From sequence record JX128258: DNA of 64,000 bases; one strand, written 5' to 3'. Every line of letters begins with the position of its first letter. Position 1 is the first letter of the stretch. Of the stretch, positions 37,551 to 46,852 are shown in pieces. Below the pieces are notes generated by a model. It ran no database searches, was not told the origin of the DNA, and worked only from the letters and a program-made list of their open reading frames with translations. This DNA comes from Escherichia phage ECML-117. A program made the translations under genes and the position numbers.

Positions 37551-39335
37551 ATGCCAACACTTATTAACAGACCTTTCGCGCAAAGCGGTGATGTATCCGT
37601 GGTGCCGGATGCAAGCCCAAGCGGTTATGTGAACTTCCAGCGCGGCTACACTCCTGACTATGCGCTTGCGCTGGAGGCCGGAAACGTCGCCGCGAAAGCT
37701 GTTGAGCGCGAATCGATGAACTGGTTGCTGAATTTGATTACAGACAACCTTATGTTTATTCAAGATCATGGCGCTCAACAATATTTCTCTTCTGACTTGA
37801 AGCCGGATGGATACCCGAAAAACGCCATTGTTGTCAGCAACTCTGGAACGCCTTCAGCACCTGAGTGGCGCATCTTTCAAAGCGTGGTCGACGGCAACAC
37901 AAGCGCCGTACCAGCTAACGGAGAAACGGAATCTTGGCAGGAATTAACACTGCCCAGCGAAGCGCGAAAATACATTCCTATGCCTGCTGGCGGCGATGCG
38001 CAAAACCCGTACTTCGTTCGCGGATTGATTTCAAGCTTTGTTGACTTCGATAATATTACGACTTCCACAACTATCGTCATTCAATCCGATGCCGTCGCCG
38101 CTCTTTGCTCTAACATCCCGAATGCGGTTGGCGCAACGAAGGTTGCAGGTCGACTGCAGGTCTGCGCTTGGCAGGTCAATGCGCAGACCTTTGCTTTGCA
38201 GCAATATACATCAATGAATGGCTATTTGTTTACTCGCTCTTATACTTCTGGTGCTTGGAGTGCTTGGATTCAAAATGCCACTGTTCAAGACGTGCAAATC
38301 GGAACTCCAAACCTTGCATCTGGTAAAGGCGCGCAAGATATAATCCTCACCGTTCCAGCAGGGTATTCATGGCCGCCTTCTGCGGGTAGTCGTTTGACCA
38401 TCGTCAATGACGTGACTACTACCGGACCTGTCACCGTGACCATTGGTGTAAACAAAGTTGCCGTTCTTGGATTCGACGGCGGCGAGTTACCAGCTGGCGC
38501 TATCGTAGGCTTGTTGCCATTCACCATCATTTATGACGGCGCTGTTTGGCGTCTCCTTCAGGCATTTGGCGCGGCGCAAATCGGCGTTGATGCTACTGAG
38601 CCGCAACAGTTTGTTACAAAGCGCCAACTCGATGCTTTGGCTGCGAAGTTGATCACTATGGGTGACGTATTCGAAGTCGGTGAGACTCGATTCCTTACCA
38701 ACGGAACCAACCCAAATACTAAACTGGGCGCTTACGGTCAGGTATGGACACGACTGCCTGATAACATGGTCATTAGAACATCTGGAACGTCGCGGAACGG
38801 TCTTGCCACTGGCGGCGCGGACTCTGTCACCCTTACCGCTGCCATGCTCCCTCTTCACAACCACAGCGTAAACATAACTACGCGTCAGAGCGGCCCATGG
38901 TCCAATACTACTGGAGATGCTGGAAATCACAACCACACAGGCGATACCAGTCAGAACGGCGCTCACTCTCATGGTATGGATGCAGCAGGAAATCATTACC
39001 ATGACAGCGGTTGGGGAGAGGCGTATGCGGACCAAGCGCGTTACGGAGTTTATGACGGTACTCACAACAACCTTGGGAGTGCAAGGTCTGATTATGATAA
39101 CTACAAATACAACACTTCAACTAATGGCAACCACGTCCATAATATTCAATCTTCTGGATCACACACTCATGGTTTGAATATAAATTACGCTGGCAATCAC
39201 AGCCATGGCTATACCCTTCCCGCTCACACTCACGATGTGGTCGGTAATACTGGCGATGCAGGGCAGTCGGTGCCAACGGCTGTTGCGACTTTGCCGCGAT
39301 ACGTTGTTTTGAATGGCTGGTACAGAAGCGCATAA
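37551..39335 (+). CDS. tail fibre protein with C-terminal HxH metal-binding repeats
   Basis: 594 aa from ATG 37551 (GAGGAA RBS); C-terminal GNHNHTGD, AHSHG, GNHYHD, GNHVHN, SHTHG, GNHSHG, AHTHD motifs as in receptor-binding fibre tips. Confidence 0.6.
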   Translation: MPTLINRPFAQSGDVSVVPDASPSGYVNFQRGYTPDYALALEAGNVAAKAVERESMNWLLNLITDNLMFIQDHGAQQYFSSDLKPDGYPKNAIVVSNSGTPSAPEWRIFQSVVDGNTSAVPANGETESWQELTLPSEARKYIPMPAGGDAQNPYFVRGLISSFVDFDNITTSTTIVIQSDAVAALCSNIPNAVGATKVAGRLQVCAWQVNAQTFALQQYTSMNGYLFTRSYTSGAWSAWIQNATVQDVQIGTPNLASGKGAQDIILTVPAGYSWPPSAGSRLTIVNDVTTTGPVTVTIGVNKVAVLGFDGGELPAGAIVGLLPFTIIYDGAVWRLLQAFGAAQIGVDATEPQQFVTKRQLDALAAKLITMGDVFEVGETRFLTNGTNPNTKLGAYGQVWTRLPDNMVIRTSGTSRNGLATGGADSVTLTAAMLPLHNHSVNITTRQSGPWSNTTGDAGNHNHTGDTSQNGAHSHGMDAAGNHYHDSGWGEAYADQARYGVYDGTHNNLGSARSDYDNYKYNTSTNGNHVHNIQSSGSHTHGLNINYAGNHSHGYTLPAHTHDVVGNTGDAGQSVPTAVATLPRYVVLNGWYRSA

Positions 39336-39343
39336 GGTGATTT

Positions 39344-39988
39344 ATGATTAATGCAAACGTAATATCTAAAGGGACCGGATGCAGCATGGATGTTGCAGAG
39401 AAATGGGTGGACCCTTTCAAGCAGGCTTGTGAGCACTACGGAATCAAAAGCAAGAATGCCATCGCGGCATTCCTTGCAAATGTAGGAGTAGAGACAGGCA
39501 GCTTGAAGACATTTGTGGAAAATCTCAATTACTCCGCTCAAGGTCTTGCCAATACATGGCCTAGTCGTTACAGCGTCAACGGTCGCTCTGGAAGCGCCCC
39601 GAACTCATTGGCCCTGTCTATTGCCCGTAAACCTGTGGAAATCGCCAATAATACATATGCAAACCGCATGGGCAACGGTTCAGTAGCATCTGGCGACGGT
39701 TGGAAGTACCGTGGCCGTGGTGCCATTCAGCTGACTGGTAAGGCGAACTATGCGGAATATACGCGCCAATCAGGTTATGATGCATTGAACAATCCTGATA
39801 TTCTGACTGAACCAAAATACATCGCTGACAGCGCGGCATGGTTCTTTAAGAATAGCGGCTGTATTCCTCTTGCGGATGCAGGAAATTTTGATTCAACCGT
39901 TAAGCGGATTAACGGGGCCGCGCCGAACGCAGCAAACCACGGTGAGTTGCGAAGAAAGCGTTACAAAGATGCACTAGCAGTTATGTAA
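39344..39988 (+). CDS. endolysin, glycoside hydrolase family 19-like
   Basis: AAFLANVGVETGSL and YRGRGAIQLTGKANY match GH19 lysozyme/chitinase catalytic-region signatures. Confidence 0.75.
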   Translation: MINANVISKGTGCSMDVAEKWVDPFKQACEHYGIKSKNAIAAFLANVGVETGSLKTFVENLNYSAQGLANTWPSRYSVNGRSGSAPNSLALSIARKPVEIANNTYANRMGNGSVASGDGWKYRGRGAIQLTGKANYAEYTRQSGYDALNNPDILTEPKYIADSAAWFFKNSGCIPLADAGNFDSTVKRINGAAPNAANHGELRRKRYKDALAVM

Positions 39989-40020
39989 GAAAAAGGCCCA
40001 TATGGGCCTTTGTTTATTTT
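39988..40020. terminator. bidirectional rho-independent terminator
   Basis: AGGCCCATATGGGCCT palindrome flanked by A-run upstream and TTTGTTTATTTT downstream, between convergent genes. Confidence 0.65.
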
Positions 40021-40244
40021 ACGGCTTCAACTTGGACGGGCGGAGCGGAACTTGTATCAATGTCTGGTAAGTCGAAATAATACCCCGCCATACCAATTGC
40101 ACCCACAATCGCGGCCCGTGCCACCTTGTTGCTAATTGACTCCCCAATAAGCTTTACCAACAGGGACAAGATTTGAGACGTCAAAGCCTTTTTCAGCCTT
40201 TTGTTTTCTTCCAAATCTTTCTGCATAACTACCACCCATGTCAA
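40014..40244 (-). CDS. small membrane protein (76 aa)
   Basis: One hydrophobic segment (AAIVGAIGMAGYYF); low-GC codon usage. Confidence 0.4.
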   Translation of the reverse strand: MTWVVVMQKDLEENKRLKKALTSQILSLLVKLIGESISNKVARAAIVGAIGMAGYYFDLPDIDTSSAPPVQVEAVK

Positions 40245-40783
40245 CGCACTTCCTGTGTCTTAACATTACCTGAAGCATCTCTCAAGGGCAGTGGATAGTA
40301 GGCCATTTGGTAGTCTGATACGCCTTCAATGTGATAAAACACGATTACGTCTTTGCTGTTGATGAGCATGTTAACGACATCTGATTTATCTTCTGGAGTG
40401 AGTATTAGTGCGCCGCCTGTCCTGCTGTCTACTGCAACAGGGTATGTCTTGTCGACAAGGCCGCTGTCCAATGTATTATACCTGACAACGATTTCAGGGG
40501 CATCAACTTTTGCCATTGACATTCCGAACACAAACGACACGACTTGTCGACCGCGATCATTCATTACGCACATCTTTTCTTTGTCAAATCTTTCTTTTAT
40601 TACGTCGTATTTGTTCCAGCAGAACTCAAAGGATTGCCCATTGTTGAAATATCTCGTCAAAACTTTCGCAATTCCATTCGGCGGAGTAAACATATTTTCA
40701 GCCGATGCAGTCTTGGTGAAGAATATAACTGTCAGCATGGCCATGATGATGATCAAAACAATCTTTAATTTGTTAGCTTTCAT
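40241..40783 (-). CDS. secreted/periplasmic protein (180 aa)
   Basis: N-terminal signal peptide (KLKIVLIIIMAMLTVIFFTKTASA); AT-rich codon usage distinct from neighbours. Confidence 0.5.
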   Translation of the reverse strand: MKANKLKIVLIIIMAMLTVIFFTKTASAENMFTPPNGIAKVLTRYFNNGQSFEFCWNKYDVIKERFDKEKMCVMNDRGRQVVSFVFGMSMAKVDAPEIVVRYNTLDSGLVDKTYPVAVDSRTGGALILTPEDKSDVVNMLINSKDVIVFYHIEGVSDYQMAYYPLPLRDASGNVKTQEVR

Positions 40784-40844
40784 TATAATTCACCTTTTGA
40801 TTATGAATATTAATAGTATAGGCTTAAGGTTTTGAAAGTAAATA

Positions 40845-40884
40845 CGCCGAAAGTAAATAAAAGAAAAGCCGGAAATTTCCGGCT
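40845..40884 (-). terminator. rho-independent terminator (minus strand)
   Basis: AGCCGGAAATTTCCGGCT hairpin followed on the minus strand by TTTTCTTTTATTT; ends the leftward replication-gene transcript. Confidence 0.55.
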
Positions 40885-40957
40885 TATGTATACACTGTAT
40901 ATTAAATTCTATAAAACGGCGCGATAGATTATACGCAACAATTATTTATCCAGTGTG

Positions 40958-41932
40958 TTAAAAATACTCCATATCGGTAATATCACGGAAGCACTTATAC
41001 AAGGCAGAGCGCGGCACGTCAACGATGCCAAAGTTAAAGAATTTATATGTCAGATATTTGTTGCGATAGTTCTCGCGATTCTCCCAAAGCATTTTTCTCT
41101 CTGCCATAGGCATTGAACCAGCGGAGACGCGGAAAGGAATCATTTCGCCTTTCTCATCAACATATTTTGGATTGACAACCACAAATGATCCAAGGTATCC
41201 TTTCGCAACTAAGCCTTCAGCCTCTTTCGAACGCTTAGTGCGACCCAACTCATCAATGAATGCCTCGTTGTTGTTCTCCATCATCTCAACGAAGTCTATG
41301 ATCAATCCTTCTTCATCGGTCCACGGCTTGTCCTTCCACACATCACGTGACTTTGGCGTCGCGCGGCCATGCTTGTATTTGCCCGTCCAAGACTTGCCAT
41401 ACAAGCCTTCATAGCCAAGCTGGTCTGCTTCGATTTGCATTGCCGCGTACTGTTCCATATTTTCGATGTTTCGATATTCGAGAGCGCGAAGGAATGGGCG
41501 TCGACCATGGTTGATGAGGTGCTGATTGACTTCAGCAACTCTAGCGCGATAGTTTGCATAACGCTTTTCAAAAGGCAAATCAGGGTCGCTGAAGTCATCA
41601 AACACCCACCATGTAAAGTTAGTGATTGCATCAGTATTCATGCAGGCTGTATAGGCTTGCTGCATGACGTTCTTGTCGTTCGGATTGCCGTCAATAAGCT
41701 CTCCATCAAGGCCATGAATCAATTCACCCAAAAAGAGGAACTCTTTTTTGATTTGAATGTTGCGCAGAGCCATGCCGGACGTGCCCATTGGCAAGTTGTC
41801 ATACGCCATCGCGCGTATGCCATCGACCTTGAAGGACAACCCGCAAGGCAGCGGCACATCTTCGCCGCGCTCGATAATTTGCTTACGCTGGCAACCCTTC
41901 ATTGGTTTTAATGCTTTGATTTCCCCTGCCAT
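40958..41932 (-). CDS. ATP-dependent nucleic-acid ligase
   Basis: 324 aa with nucleotidyltransferase motif I KVDGIR (KxDG). Confidence 0.55.
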   Translation of the reverse strand: MAGEIKALKPMKGCQRKQIIERGEDVPLPCGLSFKVDGIRAMAYDNLPMGTSGMALRNIQIKKEFLFLGELIHGLDGELIDGNPNDKNVMQQAYTACMNTDAITNFTWWVFDDFSDPDLPFEKRYANYRARVAEVNQHLINHGRRPFLRALEYRNIENMEQYAAMQIEADQLGYEGLYGKSWTGKYKHGRATPKSRDVWKDKPWTDEEGLIIDFVEMMENNNEAFIDELGRTKRSKEAEGLVAKGYLGSFVVVNPKYVDEKGEMIPFRVSAGSMPMAERKMLWENRENYRNKYLTYKFFNFGIVDVPRSALYKCFRDITDMEYF

Positions 41933-42525
41933 TATTCGCGACCCTCATTCATTACTTGTTCCATTGCGTAGGCATAAGCCTGATCAGTCGATTTGATGAA
42001 CGTGCCGTTGTACATCACCCCTTTACGGTCCTTGATGTCTTCATAGGCGGCTTGAGCGCAATCAGAAAGTCGAAGTCCATAATCATGCGCTACGCCGGAA
42101 AGATAATCCACAGCGGCCATGATGGTGACATCAATATCCATGCTCTGATTTTTAGCAATGGCGTCGCCAAGTCGTCCGAGCGTCTTTGCCAAGCGAAGGA
42201 TAAAGGAATGAGGGTGAGCGCCTTTGTCAGCGCAACCGCCGCCGTTAATGTCTTCGATTTTTGCGCCATTTTGCGCGGCAAGAATAGTTAACACAACAAG
42301 GCAATCGCCGATGTCGTCCTTGATGGCGGCTTGTAAATCACAGATGGCCTGCTCTGTATATCCGATTTCAGGGTCAAAGAACACAAGGTCATGTAATTGA
42401 TCAACGTGGTCGGTCAACTCCCCAAACTCGCTAATAAGCTTCGGGTATTGGTCTTTAAGGCCGCAACCTTTGATGATGTTACGGTCAGAAGCCCACTGGC
42501 GAATGTTTGCATAAATCTGGTTCAT
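41932..42525 (-). CDS. MazG-like nucleotide pyrophosphohydrolase
   Basis: 197 aa all-alpha with EFGELTDH and acidic metal-binding motifs. Confidence 0.5.
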   Translation of the reverse strand: MNQIYANIRQWASDRNIIKGCGLKDQYPKLISEFGELTDHVDQLHDLVFFDPEIGYTEQAICDLQAAIKDDIGDCLVVLTILAAQNGAKIEDINGGGCADKGAHPHSFILRLAKTLGRLGDAIAKNQSMDIDVTIMAAVDYLSGVAHDYGLRLSDCAQAAYEDIKDRKGVMYNGTFIKSTDQAYAYAMEQVMNEGRE

Positions 42526-43040
42526 TTATTTTCCTTTGATGCGTTGAATTGGTCGATTTTAATTTTAGCCTGATTATAAGTATCAATCAAGCTATTAACT
42601 TTCTCTTTTAATCGGTTCGTTTCTGCGGCGAACTGAACAAGAAATCGGACATCCTCTTCTGATAGTCCACAGTTTCCTTCTGGGATAGAGAGGCGTCCAG
42701 TGGTCGCAGAGTCGGGCACACTCCTGAGTAATTCACGGGAGCAGCTGAGTTGCTCGCGCAGCTTGATATTCCCAGACTTGTAACGAGCAATAGTGTCATC
42801 AGCAACCAGTTGCGCTTCCTGGCGACCCTTCTCATATGCCGATGCCGATTCAACCTGTAAAGATGCAATTTGCTCTTCGAGTGCATTTATCTTGTCCTTA
42901 CGCTCATTAAGCGATGTCAGATATTGATTATCCTTGGCCAGTGATGCGTTGGTTTGCTGAAGGTCTTCAACGTATGATCCAGCGGCGAACGCGCCAACAA
43001 GGGCCAGAATTTTCAGAAGCGGCACAATTCTTTCTATCAT
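42522..43040 (-). CDS. Rz-like inner-membrane spanin
   Basis: 172 aa; N-terminal TM (IVPLLKILALVGAFAAGSY) followed by coiled-coil-like periplasmic domain; embedded lipoprotein ORF in another frame. Confidence 0.55.
   Translation of the reverse strand: MIERIVPLLKILALVGAFAAGSYVEDLQQTNASLAKDNQYLTSLNERKDKINALEEQIASLQVESASAYEKGRQEAQLVADDTIARYKSGNIKLREQLSCSRELLRSVPDSATTGRLSIPEGNCGLSEEDVRFLVQFAAETNRLKEKVNSLIDTYNQAKIKIDQFNASKENK
42608..42835 (-). CDS. Rz1-like outer-membrane lipoprotein spanin (embedded)
   Basis: Entirely inside 42522..43040 in a different frame; signal MRRVARKRNWLLMTLLLVTSLGISS-C with lipobox, Pro-containing mature part with a second Cys. Confidence 0.5.
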   Translation of the reverse strand: MRRVARKRNWLLMTLLLVTSLGISSCASNSAAPVNYSGVCPTLRPLDASLSQKETVDYQKRMSDFLFSSPQKRTD

Positions 43041-43097
43041 GATGCACCAGATAAATAAAAGGCCGCCAATCGGCAGCCTTGTTGATTTGATTGTCGA

Positions 43098-43958
43098 TTA
43101 AAACTCTTCTGCGTCAGTCGGAGTTTCGTTGACAGGACCAGCGGCACCGCTTGCTTCTTCCTGCTTGCTGCGGTCAATGTTAACGTTGCCGCCAACTACG
43201 TCGTTGTGGAATGCTTTGGCGACTTCATACAGACCTTTGTCCTGCACCAGACCTTCCAGCTCAAACTTCAGAACTGACCAGGTGTTGCCGTCTTTGGACT
43301 GAGACGCAGTACCCATGCGAACGATGTTCATAAAGGTCGGCGGAGTTTTCAGGCCCTGCGGAGTCTGAACTTTCTTCTGCTGCAGAGCGGTCATCAGCAT
43401 GCGAGACGGCTTGATCATGGAAGAAGTCAGAGACAGCATTGCGCTACCAAATTCACCAGTTTCTTCGTTTAACAGGATCACAAAGTGGTTACGTGTATCT
43501 GCGTAGTAAGGTGATTTCTTCTCGTGCACTTTGCCGTTTTCATCCGGCACAAACACCTTACCGTTGATCTCAACAGCGCGGCCTGCCGCGACTTCTGCAT
43601 CAACGTGCTCTTTGGTGAATTCACCTTTAAAGCCTTTATCGTCTGACTCGCGACCGCCCCAAAGGATGAAGGTGCGTTTGAATGCGCAAGGGATGATCTG
43701 CACGCCTTTCTTGCCGTCATACAACTCACCAGTAACTGTGTTGTACAGCATACCAGCTTTTGCGCCAGGCACGTGTTTTGGATCATCTTCGTCGACCATC
43801 GGAGACATCTTTTGCAGTACAACGATAAAAGGAATGGCATAAGCGTCGGCATCGGCACCTTCAAAACCAGCGCCAAAATCGGTCATATCGACAAAATCAG
43901 CCATAGCGGACATCTGGGTGTTTTTCACTGCAACTTCGGTAGTTTCTTTCTTAGACAT
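43098..43958 (-). CDS. hypothetical replication/recombination-module protein (286 aa)
   Basis: ORF in the replication module; acidic C-terminal tail; no motif recognised. Confidence 0.4.
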   Translation of the reverse strand: MSKKETTEVAVKNTQMSAMADFVDMTDFGAGFEGADADAYAIPFIVVLQKMSPMVDEDDPKHVPGAKAGMLYNTVTGELYDGKKGVQIIPCAFKRTFILWGGRESDDKGFKGEFTKEHVDAEVAAGRAVEINGKVFVPDENGKVHEKKSPYYADTRNHFVILLNEETGEFGSAMLSLTSSMIKPSRMLMTALQQKKVQTPQGLKTPPTFMNIVRMGTASQSKDGNTWSVLKFELEGLVQDKGLYEVAKAFHNDVVGGNVNIDRSKQEEASGAAGPVNETPTDAEEF

Positions 43959-44017
43959 TTGATGTTTTCCTATAGTATCAAGTTTCGTGGCAACCTGATT
44001 TCAAGATAAAGGTTAAA

Positions 44018-44575
44018 TTACTTTTTGCTTTTAGGCAAGGTTATTTTAGCTTCTTTATACTCAAAAACGCTAATATCTTCACTAACTGGATTACCCGCTT
44101 CCAGCTGTTCTTTTACAAATGACTTCAGTGTAGCAGAATGAACGCCTTGTTTCAACGTGGCTTCAACACCGTCTTCACGCAGCGCGGCAACAATCTCTTG
44201 CGCTTGCTCGATTTCTTCGCGACCGAACTCAGCCGTGACGCTGGACTTGATCAAGCCGCCGTAACCGTTGTTGACAAGCCAATCGAATACTTTCAATTCA
44301 TTTTCTTTCTTGATTGAAGCATTGACTTTTGACTCTACCTTGATTTTGGTTTTGTCTTCAAGCTTGATTTCGGACACGCCAAGCTCATCCATAACGCCAG
44401 GAAGCAGAACAGTTTTGATTTCACTGATGCGCTGCTTTTGCATATCAGCTTCATCTTCAAGCTCTGTCAAAGCTTCTTGGCGTTCTGCCAATTCCGATAC
44501 TAAGCGCGCAAGGCGCTCTTGAATGCTCTCAGGAGCGACCTGCGGCAAATCATCTTCCCAATTAATATTGCTCAT
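44018..44575 (-). CDS. hypothetical replication/recombination-module protein (185 aa)
   Basis: Coiled-coil-like acidic N-terminus; position next to SNF2 helicase. Confidence 0.4.
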   Translation of the reverse strand: MSNINWEDDLPQVAPESIQERLARLVSELAERQEALTELEDEADMQKQRISEIKTVLLPGVMDELGVSEIKLEDKTKIKVESKVNASIKKENELKVFDWLVNNGYGGLIKSSVTAEFGREEIEQAQEIVAALREDGVEATLKQGVHSATLKSFVKEQLEAGNPVSEDISVFEYKEAKITLPKSKK

Positions 44576-44835
44576 ATTTTACCTTCTTGCATTAGCCCTT
44601 CAACACGGGTCATTTGATAACGTTCAGGTTTCCAAGCCGCCAAAGCCTTCTCAGCGCCTTTTAAAGTTTTATATGCCTTGATGCCAGGCATAATAACGGT
44701 ATTCACCCCAGCACCGTTGCCATAATCAAACTCTTTTACAACGCGGAATATGCCGTCAATTTCTTTGACCAAAAGACGTTTGAACGCGATTGCGCCAGTA
44801 GCTTCATTTTTGTAACGTTCAAGGATGCGTACCAT
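44572..44835 (-). CDS. hypothetical protein (87 aa)
   Basis: ORF coupled to the downstream gene. Confidence 0.4.
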   Translation of the reverse strand: MVRILERYKNEATGAIAFKRLLVKEIDGIFRVVKEFDYGNGAGVNTVIMPGIKAYKTLKGAEKALAAWKPERYQMTRVEGLMQEGKI

Positions 44836-44909
44836 TTTGTATTCCTCTGTTTCGTTTCGATGAAGTAATTATGACTCATCTTCCCTGACAAGTCAAATTA
44901 TTTTTGATA

Positions 44910-46433
44910 TTAATTCATCTTTTTGCCGTCGAGGATGTGATCAGCAAGCATAGACTTCATACTTAGTGAACGCTGAATTTCTTCGTCGATGGTATCAACA
45001 CCAATAAAATCAACATACAATACGCTTGATTTTGTTCCGATGCGGTGATTTCGGTCTTCGGATTGCTTGCGCAACTCGTTGTCATAGTTGCAAGAATAGT
45101 AGATTGCCAAGTCAGCGGCGGTAAGCGTGATGCCGATGCCTGCCGCTGCAGCGTGGCAAACCAATACCTGTGTTCCGCCATTCGCCACTGTGTTCTTCTG
45201 GAAGTCATCAATTAAGAACTCGCGTTGCTCTTTTGACGTTTCACCGTTGTATACACCAGTGACCACGCCTTCAGACTCAAGCCAATCCTTAATCTGGTTC
45301 ATCTCTTCCTTAAAGATGGCCCAAACAATGAATTTGCGCTCTGGGTCATCTTCCAACACCCCTTCCACATAGTCCTTAAATGCCGTGAATCGTGGGTTGT
45401 CTTCCATGTAGACCATCTCATCATACACCTTAACAAAGCCGGATGTCACCTGCTTCATCTTAGTGCGCGACGCGATCATCTCAAACTTGACGTTTTCTTC
45501 TTCGCCTTTGTACTCCATCAGATAGTTGTACTCATTCTTGAGTTCATCGTAAACATCGCGTTGTTTAGGCGACAACTCGAAGTCAATAAACTTGTACACC
45601 TTCTCTGGAAGGTCCGGCAAGTATTCCGCTTTTGTCGCACGAAAATAGTGCGGTTCCATCAGCCGGATAAGCTTGTCAAGGTTTTTGTACATCGGTCGGC
45701 CAAACTGGTCTTTGCGCGGCACTTGCGGAATCCCATGGCCATTGCCGCCGATTTTCTTGAGGATGGCTTGCATCTCTGGGTCGTGCGCTTCAAGTAGCAC
45801 CGTGAATTCAGAGTTGAATGCACGGAATGATTTGGTGCCGAGCAAGCCTGCTTCAAGGAAGTGGTATTGCATGTAAATATCCGCAGGCGAGCGCGGCAAC
45901 GGCGTGCCAGAAAGGATTCGACGGGCCTTTGCCAGCCGTCCCAATTCCACAACCTTGATGGAGCGTTTTGCTGTGTTATTCTTGATTCGCGTTGATTCGT
46001 CGATAATCATCAGGCAGCGGTATTTCTTCAAGACCGACTCGATGTGTTGATAACCGACTGGTGTGTTGACTGTGTCGATGTTGAATGAGAAAATGCGCGC
46101 AGGCACTTCGCCTTCAGGGTAGTGATCAGCAAACATCTTCTCCCAAAGCGCCTTGCCCTTTTTAGTCTTCATCTTGTCATTGCCGCGCCAGTAGTGCCCA
46201 ATCCACTTGATGGAAAGGTGTTCTGGTGCTTCACGACGAATCCAGTTTGAGTGGACACCGTTTGGAGCGATGACGACCATGGCATCGAACGCGCCAGCGA
46301 CGAAGTGCTTTTCAAACTCTGCCAAAGCGGTCCAAGTTTTACCAAGACCCTGTTCCATGAAATAGGCAAAGTATTTTCTGCGGCCTGCTTTATCAAGCGC
46401 CAGAAGCTGGTGGCGCATCCCTTGTGTTTTCAT
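44910..46433 (-). CDS. SNF2-family helicase/ATPase
   Basis: Walker A GLGKTW, DEST box (DESTRIKN), C-terminal helicase motifs. Confidence 0.75.
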   Translation of the reverse strand: MKTQGMRHQLLALDKAGRRKYFAYFMEQGLGKTWTALAEFEKHFVAGAFDAMVVIAPNGVHSNWIRREAPEHLSIKWIGHYWRGNDKMKTKKGKALWEKMFADHYPEGEVPARIFSFNIDTVNTPVGYQHIESVLKKYRCLMIIDESTRIKNNTAKRSIKVVELGRLAKARRILSGTPLPRSPADIYMQYHFLEAGLLGTKSFRAFNSEFTVLLEAHDPEMQAILKKIGGNGHGIPQVPRKDQFGRPMYKNLDKLIRLMEPHYFRATKAEYLPDLPEKVYKFIDFELSPKQRDVYDELKNEYNYLMEYKGEEENVKFEMIASRTKMKQVTSGFVKVYDEMVYMEDNPRFTAFKDYVEGVLEDDPERKFIVWAIFKEEMNQIKDWLESEGVVTGVYNGETSKEQREFLIDDFQKNTVANGGTQVLVCHAAAAGIGITLTAADLAIYYSCNYDNELRKQSEDRNHRIGTKSSVLYVDFIGVDTIDEEIQRSLSMKSMLADHILDGKKMN

Positions 46434-46852
46434 GACAATTCCTCTAAATACTTGATGATGTGGTGAATAGTTCCCTTCACGATTATCTCACGTTGAACGT
46501 CTGCAATATTATAACGCTTTAATTCAATCGAAGGGTGGACTAAATAAAACATCTTCTCAGAATCGACTTTAAGCAAAACAAATGATGGGTATTTCCAATC
46601 ATTCCACGAAGAAAGAAAGCTGCACTGACCTTTCTCAAATGCATTTCTGAAAGGTGCAGTGGTGGCCCTTGCAGGCCACGATTCAAAGAACTTCATTTCA
46701 AGCCAAAAGCCGCGCCCTTTCCGGTTGGTGCCGATTACGTCCGGCACGCCATCACCCGTCATCGATTCGATTCGTTGAAGCTTCAATATTGATTCTGAAT
46801 GTTTCTTCAAAGGAACGAAAATGTATTTTTGTTCACGGTTATTTGTTGCCAT
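46430..46852 (-). CDS. VRR-NUC-like nuclease
   Basis: 140 aa with PD-(D/E)xK-like GVPDVIG...WLEMK; overlaps the SNF2 start, a common pairing. Confidence 0.5.
   Translation of the reverse strand: MATNNREQKYIFVPLKKHSESILKLQRIESMTGDGVPDVIGTNRKGRGFWLEMKFFESWPARATTAPFRNAFEKGQCSFLSSWNDWKYPSFVLLKVDSEKMFYLVHPSIELKRYNIADVQREIIVKGTIHHIIKYLEELS

Noticed and set aside
38487-39420. Minus-strand ORFs (70-192 aa) inside the tail fibre gene and plus-strand ORF 38917..39177
   Set aside because: Overlap the His-rich fibre coding region; products are low-complexity; shadow ORFs.
42608-42886. Full-length 92-aa version of the embedded lipoprotein ORF
   Set aside because: The first 17 codons lack signal-peptide character; the lipoprotein signal begins at the internal Met (MRRVARKRN...), so start 42835 was preferred.
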